From positions 26,093 through 90,092 of the forward strand of contig CAYMRP010000005.1 of the NCBI GenBank assembly GCA_964392925.1: 64,000 bases of DNA. Reading direction: 5' to 3'. This document shows positions 37,797-47,426 of this stretch, piece after piece. The notes below the pieces were generated by a model that saw only the letters and a list, made by a program, of their open reading frames with translations, searched no databases and was not told the origin of the DNA. The translations under genes were made by a program, and so were the position numbers. Numbering within the stretch: position 1 is the first letter of the stretch; the number at the start of each line of letters is the position of its first letter. Source of the stretch: an uncultured Gammaproteobacteria bacterium. Its GTDB lineage: Bacteria; Patescibacteriota; Microgenomatia; Daviesbacterales; UBA10151.

Positions 37797-40097
37797 ATGA
37801 ATAAAGTTATTACAAAAGAACTAGATTTAAATGGTACCAAGTTCAAACTTGAAACCGGAAAACTTGCCTTACAGGCTGATGCTGCCGTTATGGCCACACT
37901 AGGCGAAACAGTTGTTTTGGCCACAGTTGCTACAAAACCTTTGACTGAAGACAAAGGTTATTTTCCTTTATCAGTAGAATATGTTGAAAAGCATTACGCT
38001 TCAGGCCGCATCACACCCCAAAAATTCATCAAAAGAGAAGGCCGTCCATCAGAAAAATCAATTCTTTCCGGACGTGCTATCGACCGCTCAATCAGACCTC
38101 TTTTCCCTAAAGATTTCCAAGACAGCGAAGTTCAGGTAATCATCACTGTTTTATCATTTGACGGAGTTAATGATCCAGTTCTTCTTGCTATGAATGCTGC
38201 CTCAGCTGCTTTAGCAATCTCTTCAGTACCATGGGCCGGACCTTTAGCCGGAGTCAGAGTAGGGCAGTTAGAAGGAGAATTAGTAGTAAGCCCCGAGATG
38301 ACCTCTTTTGAAAACTTAAGTCTTGAAGTAATTGTTTCTGCAACTGAAAAATTAGTCCCTATGATCGAAGCCAAAGGTAAGCAGATCAAAGATGAGACAG
38401 TTTTTGAAGCTATCAAACAAGGTCACGCTGCAGCACAGCCGATCCTGAAATTAATTAATGAATTAGCAAAAGAAGTCGGTAAGGAAAAAATGTCCTACAA
38501 ATCAAATCTCGACGGCATTGAAGAAAAATTACTTGAAACTGTTAGAAAAGATATTCAGGATCGAATTGAAAAAGCCTTATTCGACACCAAAAACACTTGG
38601 CATGACACTACAGCTCAATTAATCAAAGCTGAAGTTACAACAACCTATATTGAACAGCTAACTTCAAACCAAATCTCTGCCATTTTTGACAAAATTGCTA
38701 AACAAATCATGTCAGACACTATTTTGAATAAAGGCAAAAGAGTCGATGGTCGAAAAATGGAAGAAATCCGCGAAATCACTATGGAAGTTGGTCTTTTACC
38801 AAGAGCTCACGGTTCAGCTCTTTTCCAAAGAGGCGCTTCTCAATCACTATCTATAGCTACTTTAGGCCCGCTTTCAGTTTCTCAAACTCTAGAAGGTATG
38901 GAAGGCGAAGGCACAAAACGCTTCATGCATTACTACAACATGAGTATTAATCCTTTTGCTTCCGGTGAAGTTAAAAGATTAGGTTCCCCAAACAGGCGTG
39001 ATATCGGTCATGGTAACTTAGGTGAAATTTCTTTGGCTCCTGTTTTACCAACTGAGGCTGAATTCCCTTATGCCATTCGTGTTGTTTCCGAAATATTAGG
39101 TGCAAATGCTTCAACCTCTCAAGCTGCAATATCAGGCTCAACTCTCGCAATGCTCAACGCCGGAGTCCCAATCGAACCAGTGGCTGGAATTGCTTTAGGA
39201 CTTATTACTGACCACGCTGATGATAAAAAATTCCAGGTTATTACTGACATGCAGGCAACTGAAGACTTCTATGGCGAAATGGACTTTAAAGTTGCTGGAA
39301 CTGTTAACGGTATTACTGGAATCCAAATGGACACTAAGCTCCATGGTCTAACTTTTGAAATAATCGAAGAAGCTTTAAGACAAGGAAAACAGGCTAGAGA
39401 AGATATATTAGCCAAAATGAAAGAAGTTATGCCAGCAGCCAATCCTTTGTCTGAATATGCTCCAAAAATCGAAATAACTCACATTAAACCAGAAGAAATC
39501 GGCATGTTAATTGGTCCTGGTGGTAAAAACATCAACGGTATTATTGCTAGAACCGGAGCTCAGATCGACATCGAAGACGATGGAATGGTCATGGTTTCCT
39601 CTATGGATTCAGAAGCCATCAAAAAAGCTCTCGAAGAAATCGAAGGCATGTTCAAAAAAGTCCTTCCTGATGAAGAATATGAAGGAAAAGTTGTTAGAAT
39701 TGCTCCATTCGGTGCTTTTGTTGAGATCTTACCAGGCAAAGATGGCTTAGTTCATGTTTCTCAAATGGCTCCAGGCCGAGTTGAAAATCCTGAAGATGTA
39801 GTTTCAGAAGGTCAAATAGTTAAAGTTAGAGTCGTTTCAGTCGATCCAATGGGTAAAATATCTCTTTCAATGTTATTTGGTGATGATAGAAAACCTGAAT
39901 CTGAAGGTCGTCCAAGAGGCGGAGGCGGTGGAGGATTCGGTGGTGGTGATCGTGGTGGAGACAGAGGTGGTTATCGCCCAGGTGGTGGAGACCGCGGTGG
40001 CCGTTCATCCGGTGGTGGGACAAGAAGAGATTTTGGCGGCAGTAGAGATAGTGGCAGACGTGACGATCGCGGTGGACGCGGCGGCTCCAGCAGATAA
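37797..40097 (+). CDS. pnp: Polyribonucleotide nucleotidyltransferase (PNPase) with RGG-rich tail
   Basis: FPLSVEY, KREGRP, RRDIGHG, EMDFKVAG, KH (IGPGGKNI) and S1 (FGAFVEILPGKDGLVHVS) domains. Confidence 0.97.
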   Translation: MNKVITKELDLNGTKFKLETGKLALQADAAVMATLGETVVLATVATKPLTEDKGYFPLSVEYVEKHYASGRITPQKFIKREGRPSEKSILSGRAIDRSIRPLFPKDFQDSEVQVIITVLSFDGVNDPVLLAMNAASAALAISSVPWAGPLAGVRVGQLEGELVVSPEMTSFENLSLEVIVSATEKLVPMIEAKGKQIKDETVFEAIKQGHAAAQPILKLINELAKEVGKEKMSYKSNLDGIEEKLLETVRKDIQDRIEKALFDTKNTWHDTTAQLIKAEVTTTYIEQLTSNQISAIFDKIAKQIMSDTILNKGKRVDGRKMEEIREITMEVGLLPRAHGSALFQRGASQSLSIATLGPLSVSQTLEGMEGEGTKRFMHYYNMSINPFASGEVKRLGSPNRRDIGHGNLGEISLAPVLPTEAEFPYAIRVVSEILGANASTSQAAISGSTLAMLNAGVPIEPVAGIALGLITDHADDKKFQVITDMQATEDFYGEMDFKVAGTVNGITGIQMDTKLHGLTFEIIEEALRQGKQAREDILAKMKEVMPAANPLSEYAPKIEITHIKPEEIGMLIGPGGKNINGIIARTGAQIDIEDDGMVMVSSMDSEAIKKALEEIEGMFKKVLPDEEYEGKVVRIAPFGAFVEILPGKDGLVHVSQMAPGRVENPEDVVSEGQIVKVRVVSVDPMGKISLSMLFGDDRKPESEGRPRGGGGGGFGGGDRGGDRGGYRPGGGDRGGRSSGGGTRRDFGGSRDSGRRDDRGGRGGSSR

Positions 40098-40172
40098 AGC
40101 CCAAGAAATTTCGACTCCTCAAAATAGAATAAAAGTGATTAAGCCTTCTTTGTGTTAAAATCTTCAAAACTT

Positions 40173-40835
40173 ATGAACTTCTTTAAATCCAAAAAATGGA
40201 CTATTCCGGCATTACTATTACTGATATTTCTTTGCATCGGAATCTTTATTAAATTCGCAATTGGTACAGATGCTTTTAGCGCCAATGTCCGCTCAATATT
40301 CCTAGGCACTTTCTCTCAAAACCCATTTAAAAAACAAAGCGAGGCGCAGCTTTCCTTAATCGACTCTAAAATTAATCTAAATTTCCAAATCATAGAAGAA
40401 GATAAACCTCAATTTGCCGCCTTTATCAAAAATTGGTTTGGAACAACTGAAGAAATTAAAAACTTAAGTTTTGGCATTGACGATAGCCTAAAATCAAAGC
40501 TGACTCAAAACCAGCCGGTTAATTTAAAGCTGACTATCTCAGATAAATCTTTAGCTTGGAGCAGTAACGCTCTTCCTGGTCTCCAAAACGCTTTTATTAA
40601 AAGTGATATAGAATTCGCAACTGGATCTTCAAAGCTCAGCTCCGAATACTCTAGCAGCTCCAAGTATCAGCTTAAAATAGAAAATCCGGCCGACCTCGCA
40701 AATTACGCTACAGCCTCCGGAATGCTTACTGCCTCGTCTAAAATTGAGGGGTTATTTAAAAGCTTACCTAAAGTCGCTACAATAGAGTTGTTCGTTAACG
40801 GAAAAAATATTTCAGGCAAAATTGTTCTGAAATAA
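40173..40835 (+). CDS. Membrane-anchored hypothetical protein (alternative start 40152)
   Basis: KKW plus hydrophobic helix, then a beta-rich soluble domain; ends 12 bp before the Lon-like gene. Confidence 0.65.
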   Translation: MNFFKSKKWTIPALLLLIFLCIGIFIKFAIGTDAFSANVRSIFLGTFSQNPFKKQSEAQLSLIDSKINLNFQIIEEDKPQFAAFIKNWFGTTEEIKNLSFGIDDSLKSKLTQNQPVNLKLTISDKSLAWSSNALPGLQNAFIKSDIEFATGSSKLSSEYSSSSKYQLKIENPADLANYATASGMLTASSKIEGLFKSLPKVATIELFVNGKNISGKIVLK

Positions 40836-40847
40836 AATTTATTAATC

Positions 40848-41921
40848 ATGGACCCATCTGCCACCACTCTAACCCCTAATACGGGTCAGCCCTCAAATCA
40901 AATCTTAGAGAATCTTAAAAAGAAAATCGCCGCAACTCAACTTCCACCTGAAGTTGCGGAAAAAATAGCTGACGAAATGACTCGTCTGGAACTCGTATTT
41001 AAAACAGGTCAGTTCACCACCGAATTCGACAGACAAATAAATTATTTAAATTTCGTTACCGACTTACCTTGGGGAAAAGCCGGTCAGGATATTTTAGATC
41101 TAAACCGCGCCAAACAAATCCTGGATAAGAATCATTTCGGTTTAGAAACAATCAAAGGCCGTATTTTGGAGTACCTCTCAGTCATGATTTTAAATCATAT
41201 GAAAGGCCAGGTTGCCAAACAACCAATCTTAGCTTTCGTCGGTTTAGTCGGATCCGGTAAAACCTCAATTGCTTATTCAATCGCCGAAGCCTTAGGTCGG
41301 CCTATTATCAGAATTCCCTTTGGAGGTTTAGGATCTGCGCTCCAACTAAGAGGCGAGTCTCGCGTCAAAAGTGAAGCTGAACCGGGTTTAGTCGTTAGAG
41401 CTCTAAAACGTGCTCAAGTCAAAAATCCGGTTATTCTTTTAGATGAGCTTGATCGTGTTACCGAAGCGGCCCGTGCTGATATCATGGGAGTCTTAGTTGA
41501 GCTTCTCGATCCAGAGCAAAATATGTCTTTTATGGACCATTATGTTAATTTTCCATTTGATTTATCCCAGGTTTTATTTGTTGCCACAGCTAATAATACC
41601 GGCAATATAGCCACTGCTGTTATGGACAGGCTTGAACTTATTGAGATGCCGTTCTATACTGACGAACAGAAAGTAGTTATAGGACGGGATTATATTCTGC
41701 CTGAAGCTCTCAAAAGCGCTGCCATTGATCCGGGCATGGTTCAAATCGCGCCTCAGGTCTGGTTAAATATTGTTAGACCTCTAGGTTTTGACGGCGGTAT
41801 TCGTTCTCTGAAGCGTCATATTGTAAACATGGCTGGAAAAATAGCCCGCCAAATAGTTGAAGGCCAAAAAGGCCCTTTTGTTATCAATGAACAAAACGTT
41901 GAGCTTTATCTGGCCGCATAA
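40848..41921 (+). CDS. Lon-derived AAA+ ATPase lacking both the N-terminal domain and the Ser-Lys protease domain
   Basis: LPW, HFGLETIKGRILEYL, GLVGSGKTS, LLDELD, LLDPEQN.FMDHY, ATANN, MDRLELI, GIRSLKR; stop immediately after the lid subdomain. Confidence 0.88.
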   Translation: MDPSATTLTPNTGQPSNQILENLKKKIAATQLPPEVAEKIADEMTRLELVFKTGQFTTEFDRQINYLNFVTDLPWGKAGQDILDLNRAKQILDKNHFGLETIKGRILEYLSVMILNHMKGQVAKQPILAFVGLVGSGKTSIAYSIAEALGRPIIRIPFGGLGSALQLRGESRVKSEAEPGLVVRALKRAQVKNPVILLDELDRVTEAARADIMGVLVELLDPEQNMSFMDHYVNFPFDLSQVLFVATANNTGNIATAVMDRLELIEMPFYTDEQKVVIGRDYILPEALKSAAIDPGMVQIAPQVWLNIVRPLGFDGGIRSLKRHIVNMAGKIARQIVEGQKGPFVINEQNVELYLAA

Positions 41922-41950
41922 TTATTTGAACAAACATTTGAAATAAATAT

Positions 41951-43660
41951 ATGAAATCTTTTAAACCAAAATTTGAATTCACTTCAAAAAATAATAATAG
42001 CAGCAGCACCCAATCCTTAAGATTGATTCCGTTAGGCGGAGTAGGTGATGTTACTAAAAACATGTACGCTTATGAATACGGCGACGATATTTTGCTGATC
42101 GATTGTGGAGTCTCTTTTCCTGACGAACAAATGCCGGGTGTTGATTTAATCATCCCTGACATTAACTATCTCCGCGACAAAAAGCATAAAATTAAAGGAA
42201 TAGTCATTACCCATGGTCACGATGATCACTATGGCGCATTGCCTTATATCTGGCCTGAATTAAATGTCCCAATCTATTCTCAAAAGCTTACCTGCGGTCT
42301 AATTCGTGCCAAACTCGCGGATAACAAAGTTCCAACCGACCGGGTAAAAGAATTAAAAATTGACGACACTTTAACTCTCGGCGTTTTCAAATTAAGTTTT
42401 TATACCGTTTCTCATTCAGTCCCTGATTCAACTGGTATTGTCATAGAGACTCCTATTGGCACTATCATCCATCAATCAGATTTCAAAATTGATTGGACTC
42501 CGGTTAATGGACAAGTCACCGATGTCGGCCGGGTGGCCGAAATTGGTAATAAAGGTGTTTTGCTTATGACCATCGACTGTCTTCGCTCTGACCGTCCAGG
42601 TTATACTTCCTCCGAAAAAGGCATTGAGCAGGAATTTGAAAAAATAGCTGTGGAAACTCAGGGTAAACTGATCATGACTTTAATTACCTCAAACATCACC
42701 CGCATTCAACAGGCGCTAAATGTGGCTTCCAAAACCGGACGTAAGGTTTGTTTCGTTGGTCGTTCTATGGAAAATAATACTCAAGTCGCCCGTGACCTTG
42801 GCTATCTCCAAATCCCATCTGGAATTGTCATTGCTCAGGAAGAACTAAAAAGGTTTGCCGCCAATAAATTAGTAGTTATTATGTCCGGAGCTTTTGGTCA
42901 GCCAGGATCGGCCTTATCTAGGGCAGCCAACGGCGAACATAAAAATGTTCAAATACTAAAAGGCGATACAGTCGTAGTTAGCGCCGATCCAATGCCTTCT
43001 GCTGAAATGTCCCAGGGAGTCTTAATAGATCATCTTTCCCGGATCGGCTGCCGCCTCTACTATTCAGCTTCGGACTCTGCTCTCCACGTCTCCGGTCACG
43101 CCGCCCAAGAAGAGATTAAAGTTATGATCAATTTAGCAAAGCCAAAATTCCTCATGCCAATCGGCGGCGGCTTCAAACAAATCAGAGCTTTCGTTGATTT
43201 AGCTATGGATTTAGGTTATGCCGAAAATGAAATAATCACTCTTACCGAAGTTCAGCCAATCGAGATAACCTCCGATAAATTTAGAATCTTGCCTCCGATT
43301 CCATACCAAAACGTTTATGTTGACGGGCTCGGTGTGGGTGATGTTGGCAGCGTCGTTCTTCGTGACCGTGAGCACATGAGTGAAGAGGGGGTTGTCGTGG
43401 TTGTTGTACCAATCGATTCCCAAAACGGTAAATTAGCCGGCCGGCCAGACCTTATTTCCAGAGGCTTTGTATTTGGACCTGATGAAGCGGATCTTTTGGA
43501 TGCAGGAGAGAAAATTGTCCAGTCAATTTTTGCCGATCACAAAGGTGGACATATTGACATGCGCTACGCTCGTCACGAAGTAGAAAAAAATCTTCAAAAA
43601 TTCTTCTTCCAGGAAACCAAACGCAAACCTTTAATCCTTACTGTTGTCATGGAGGCTTAG
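41951..43660 (+). CDS. rnj: Ribonuclease J
   Basis: IPLGGVGDVTKNM, THGHDDHYG, HSVPD, DFKID, LHVSGHA, SRGFV. Confidence 0.95.
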   Translation: MKSFKPKFEFTSKNNNSSSTQSLRLIPLGGVGDVTKNMYAYEYGDDILLIDCGVSFPDEQMPGVDLIIPDINYLRDKKHKIKGIVITHGHDDHYGALPYIWPELNVPIYSQKLTCGLIRAKLADNKVPTDRVKELKIDDTLTLGVFKLSFYTVSHSVPDSTGIVIETPIGTIIHQSDFKIDWTPVNGQVTDVGRVAEIGNKGVLLMTIDCLRSDRPGYTSSEKGIEQEFEKIAVETQGKLIMTLITSNITRIQQALNVASKTGRKVCFVGRSMENNTQVARDLGYLQIPSGIVIAQEELKRFAANKLVVIMSGAFGQPGSALSRAANGEHKNVQILKGDTVVVSADPMPSAEMSQGVLIDHLSRIGCRLYYSASDSALHVSGHAAQEEIKVMINLAKPKFLMPIGGGFKQIRAFVDLAMDLGYAENEIITLTEVQPIEITSDKFRILPPIPYQNVYVDGLGVGDVGSVVLRDREHMSEEGVVVVVVPIDSQNGKLAGRPDLISRGFVFGPDEADLLDAGEKIVQSIFADHKGGHIDMRYARHEVEKNLQKFFFQETKRKPLILTVVMEA

Positions 43661-43754
43661 ATTATCTCTTCAGTTCTCCAAACTTTCTTAAGAGATGATA
43701 TACTAATTTATACAGAAATGAAGCTAAACTTTGTGTCCCATAGTCAAAAAGCTG

Positions 43755-43868
43755 TGGTATAATGAATGTTAAATCGGGAATCTGCCCCCTTGTCGAAAAC
43801 TCTCCACTGGAGAATTTTCGCAAGCGATCTCCTCGCTTCGGATCGGAAATTAATGAAGCGAGTCCGAT
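43755..43868 (+). promoter_or_regulatory. ftsK extended -10 promoter (TGGTATAAT 43755-43763) and multi-stem 5' leader
   Basis: Two strong hairpins enclosed by an outer stem that ends at the base before the ATG. Confidence 0.65.
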
Positions 43869-46037
43869 ATGAGTCGAAAGAAATCACTTTATTCACTACC
43901 CAAATTAAAACTCAAACATAAAACTATTATTGCTGTGGCAACGTTCGTTTCTTTTATTTTAGCCGGTGTCTCAGCTGCAGCTTTTTTAACTAACACTCAA
44001 TATTTATTCTTTTGGAGACAATATCTAGTAGAGAACATCGGTTTCACTGCCTTTTTAACACCAGTACTTTTTATTCTAATAGGTCTCGTTTTGCAGAAGG
44101 TTAAATGGGCTTTCGCCCAAGTAAATGTCCTCCTAGGCCTTTTAGTTATGATGATCGCAATGATGGGTCTTCTAGCCGGTGTCGGTGATACTCCTGGTGG
44201 TATCCTTGGCGCTTTTATTTGGGTTCAACTCTCCGCAGTCGTTACCCCGATCTTTACCGTCTTAATACTTATAATTATTTTTGCCATCGGCTTAGTCGTA
44301 TTTCTCAACACCAGTCTTGAACAACTTATGGCCTTTCTGGGAACTGTCTTCTCTGGGGCGGGCAGAGCTGCAAAAGCTACAACCAAAGTCGGTGGAGTAT
44401 TCAAAAGAGACCCAGCCTTTGATGCTAAAGCTGGCCAAATTAAATTATCCGGCATTGATGATAAGCTCAAAGTGAATAAAGCCCCTGAACGCCCAATAAG
44501 AGGGGAACCTGTTCTTGCCGAGACCTTAGTTCAGAACGTTGCTGGACAAGCCAGAGTCTGGAAATATCCGCCTCTCAGTCTCCTTTCCGATAAAGGTGGA
44601 GCTCCTGCCGATCGCGGCGACGTTAAAAAGAACGCTGCAATTATTGAAAGGACTCTGGAATCTTTTGGAATTCAGGCCCGGGTTGCCGAAGTTAATGGCG
44701 GCCCAGCAGTTACCCAGTATGCATTAGAAATCGCAGCTGGTACAAAGATCACTAAGATTGCTAATCTTCAGCACGACATTGCTCTTGCTCTAGCCACCCG
44801 GACCGGAACTGTCCGTATTGAAGCTCCAATCCCTGGAAAATCATTAGTAGGTATTGAAGTTCCAAATCACACCCTCGAGGTAGTTACTCTTAAATCAGTT
44901 CTCAGTTCCGACGATCTTAAAAAACGCAAATCAAAGCTGGCTGTTCCTCTTGGAAAAGACACCGGTTCCAATGCTGTTATCGTAGATATCGATCGCATGC
45001 CTCATACGCTGGTAGCCGGAACTACTGGTTCTGGTAAATCCATTTTAATGCACAACTTAATAACCTCACTACTGTTTAGAAATTCTCCAGACGAACTAAA
45101 ATTAATTCTAATCGATCCTAAACGTGTTGAAATGACCAACTATAATGATGTTCCTCATTTATTAACTCCTGTAATCGTTGAGCCTGACAAAATTCTTTCC
45201 GCCCTAAAATGGGCGATGGCCGAAATGGACAGGCGTTATAAATTATTCCAACAAGTCGGAGTCAGAAATATTCAAACTTACAACGAAATGTCCGGCTTCC
45301 AAGCACTACCTTATATCGTAATTTTTATTGACGAACTCGCCGACCTTATGATGTTTGCTCCGGTCGAAGTCGAAGATGCCATCACGCGCTTAGCCCAGCT
45401 TGCTCGTGCTACAGGTATGCATTTGGTTATTGCTACCCAGCGTCCATCAGTCGATGTTATCACCGGCTTAATGAAAGCCAATATCCCTTCCCGTATTGCT
45501 TTCAACGTTTCATCAATGATCGACTCAAGAGTTATCATTGATACAGGTGGTGCCGAAAAATTACTTGGTCGCGGAGATATGTTATTCATGCCGCCTGATG
45601 CTTCCAAGCCTCAAAGAATCCAGGGTGTACTGGTAACTGATGCCGAAATCGCCAACCTGGTTAACTACTTAAAAAGTTTAGGCATTGCCCCAAGCTATAG
45701 CGAGGAAATTACCAAAATGCCAATTGGCAAAATTGGTAAGGGCAGTGGAAGTAATAGTGGTGGAGGCGGTGGTGGGGGTGACGATAGAGATGATTTATTT
45801 GAAGAAGCAGTTCGAACTGTCTGTCAATATGATCGGGCCTCAGCCTCCTTACTCCAAAGAAGACTAAAGGTCGGCTACGCCAGAGCTGCCAGAATTATTG
45901 ATGAATTAGAAACTGCTGGAGTTATTGGTCCTGGAGACGGCAGCAAACCCCGTGATGTTTTGGTCAGAAACGCTGATGAATTCTTAAATGGAGGAGCAAC
46001 CCCTCCTGAAAACACAGCTGCCCCAGAACAATACTAG
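43869..46037 (+). CDS. ftsK: DNA translocase FtsK/SpoIIIE
   Basis: N-terminal TMs, RIEAPIPGK, AGTTGSGKS, IDELADLMM, ATQRPSVDV, gamma domain ASASLLQRRLKVGYARAAR. Confidence 0.97.
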   Translation: MSRKKSLYSLPKLKLKHKTIIAVATFVSFILAGVSAAAFLTNTQYLFFWRQYLVENIGFTAFLTPVLFILIGLVLQKVKWAFAQVNVLLGLLVMMIAMMGLLAGVGDTPGGILGAFIWVQLSAVVTPIFTVLILIIIFAIGLVVFLNTSLEQLMAFLGTVFSGAGRAAKATTKVGGVFKRDPAFDAKAGQIKLSGIDDKLKVNKAPERPIRGEPVLAETLVQNVAGQARVWKYPPLSLLSDKGGAPADRGDVKKNAAIIERTLESFGIQARVAEVNGGPAVTQYALEIAAGTKITKIANLQHDIALALATRTGTVRIEAPIPGKSLVGIEVPNHTLEVVTLKSVLSSDDLKKRKSKLAVPLGKDTGSNAVIVDIDRMPHTLVAGTTGSGKSILMHNLITSLLFRNSPDELKLILIDPKRVEMTNYNDVPHLLTPVIVEPDKILSALKWAMAEMDRRYKLFQQVGVRNIQTYNEMSGFQALPYIVIFIDELADLMMFAPVEVEDAITRLAQLARATGMHLVIATQRPSVDVITGLMKANIPSRIAFNVSSMIDSRVIIDTGGAEKLLGRGDMLFMPPDASKPQRIQGVLVTDAEIANLVNYLKSLGIAPSYSEEITKMPIGKIGKGSGSNSGGGGGGGDDRDDLFEEAVRTVCQYDRASASLLQRRLKVGYARAARIIDELETAGVIGPGDGSKPRDVLVRNADEFLNGGATPPENTAAPEQY

Positions 46038-46126
46038 TCAGCTTCCTAAAATTTTGATATCCTAGACAAAAGTGGAATTTCAGGATCTTTCTTAATCCCG
46101 GTGTTTTCCCCAATCTAATTTAAATT

Positions 46127-46972
46127 ATGGAGTGGTATTGGTATCTCATCATTAATATTTTTGTTTTTTCTTTGGCCACCGTTTACCAAAGATCGATTTT
46201 AAAACACAGTAAAGATCCGGCGCTTTTTTATGTAGTCAATGGTTTGGTTGCCGGTTCTATTCTGCTTGCTCACGGCCTTTGGGTCGGTTTTAAAATTCCT
46301 AATATTCAGGACATCTCGTTAAACCTGATAGCTATGACGGTTCTTCTTGGTTTTGGAAATCTTCTCAATTTTAATGCTTTAAAAAAAGTCGATGCATCAG
46401 AATTCACTGTTCTTTTTTCAACCAGAGCTATCTGGTCAGTTCTGGCGGCAGTTTTAGTTTTGGGTGAAAGTTTCGGCCCAAAACAAATTATTGGCGCTGC
46501 ATTAATTATTTCCTCTGTTTTTCTGGTTTCTTGGAAGAAGAAAAGTTTTAGGTTGAATGAAGGGGAGATGCTCACCCTTGCTGCGGCTGCTTTTTTTGGG
46601 TTGGAATTTATTAATGATACCTATCTTCTTAACCGTGTCGACTTGCTATTTTATATTCCCCTAATTTTTCTATTCCCTGCACTTGCCGTGGCTGCTGTTA
46701 ATTTTAAAAAGCTCCCTACTATTACAAGAGTAGTATCTTTTAAAGATTTTCTTAAGCTCTCATTCCTGGGATTGTTATTTGCAGTCAGCGCCACAGCAAC
46801 ACTAACAGCTTATCAGGTTGGCCATAATGCCGCTCAGATTGCTATTCTTAATCAAACATCAACCATCGTAATTGTATTTCTTGGGATAATTTTCTTAAAC
46901 GAGAGGTCTCATATGAAATTAAAAATTCTCGGAGCAGTAATCAGTTTGATAGGAGTCTTCCTGGTCAAATAA
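46127..46972 (+). CDS. EamA/DMT-family transporter
   Basis: About 10 TM helices in two repeats; LVLGES and IFLNER motifs. Confidence 0.85.
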   Translation: MEWYWYLIINIFVFSLATVYQRSILKHSKDPALFYVVNGLVAGSILLAHGLWVGFKIPNIQDISLNLIAMTVLLGFGNLLNFNALKKVDASEFTVLFSTRAIWSVLAAVLVLGESFGPKQIIGAALIISSVFLVSWKKKSFRLNEGEMLTLAAAAFFGLEFINDTYLLNRVDLLFYIPLIFLFPALAVAAVNFKKLPTITRVVSFKDFLKLSFLGLLFAVSATATLTAYQVGHNAAQIAILNQTSTIVIVFLGIIFLNERSHMKLKILGAVISLIGVFLVK

Positions 46973-47284
46973 TTAATTATTCCGGCCCCAGGATTCTAAA
47001 TCTTTAAAAACTTTCTCTAGTGATTTACCCTTCGGTGTTAGATAGTACTCCACATGCAAAGGCACTTCGCTAAAAATTTTCTTACTTATAATCCCGGTTT
47101 TCTCCAGTTCATCAAGTCTCTGCGAAAGTGTTTTAGGAGAAATTGTTTTAAGCTCTCGTTGGAGAAGTCCAAACCGATTTCTTCCCTCAAATAAGTTATG
47201 TAAAATCATCATCGTCCATTTAGATCCGATAACTTTTAAGGTCTTAGCAACATAGCAGTGCTCAGTTGTCATTATAGTTTGCAT
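46973..47284 (-). CDS. HxlR/DUF24 winged-helix regulator with N-terminal Cys
   Basis: HCYVAKTLKVIGSKW, ISPKTLSQRLDELE, VPLHVEYYLTPKG. Confidence 0.92.
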   Translation of the reverse strand: MQTIMTTEHCYVAKTLKVIGSKWTMMILHNLFEGRNRFGLLQRELKTISPKTLSQRLDELEKTGIISKKIFSEVPLHVEYYLTPKGKSLEKVFKDLESWGRNN

Positions 47285-47314
47285 AAATTTATAGTAAGTA
47301 TTATATCACCGCGC

Positions 47315-47390
47315 TACTATACTTTCTATAGTACTATCATATTAATAAATTTAAGCTTCAAAATATGTAACTACTTCAATTCTTAAAGTA
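47315..47390. promoter_or_regulatory. Two TACT-N11-AGTA inverted repeats (47315-47333 and 47372-47390), candidate operators of the HxlR-family regulator
   Basis: TACTATA-CTTTC-TATAGTA and TACTT-N9-AAGTA in the divergent intergenic region. Confidence 0.55.
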
Positions 47391-47426
47391 CTTCTGCTAC
47401 TCTATTTCAGAAAGGAGAACTGTCCC

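Noticed and set aside
41900-41950. Possible frameshift or programmed readthrough restoring a full Lon protease
   Set aside because: Only 29 bp separate the stop from the rnj start, and I saw no Lon protease motif (GPSAG) in the flanking translations.
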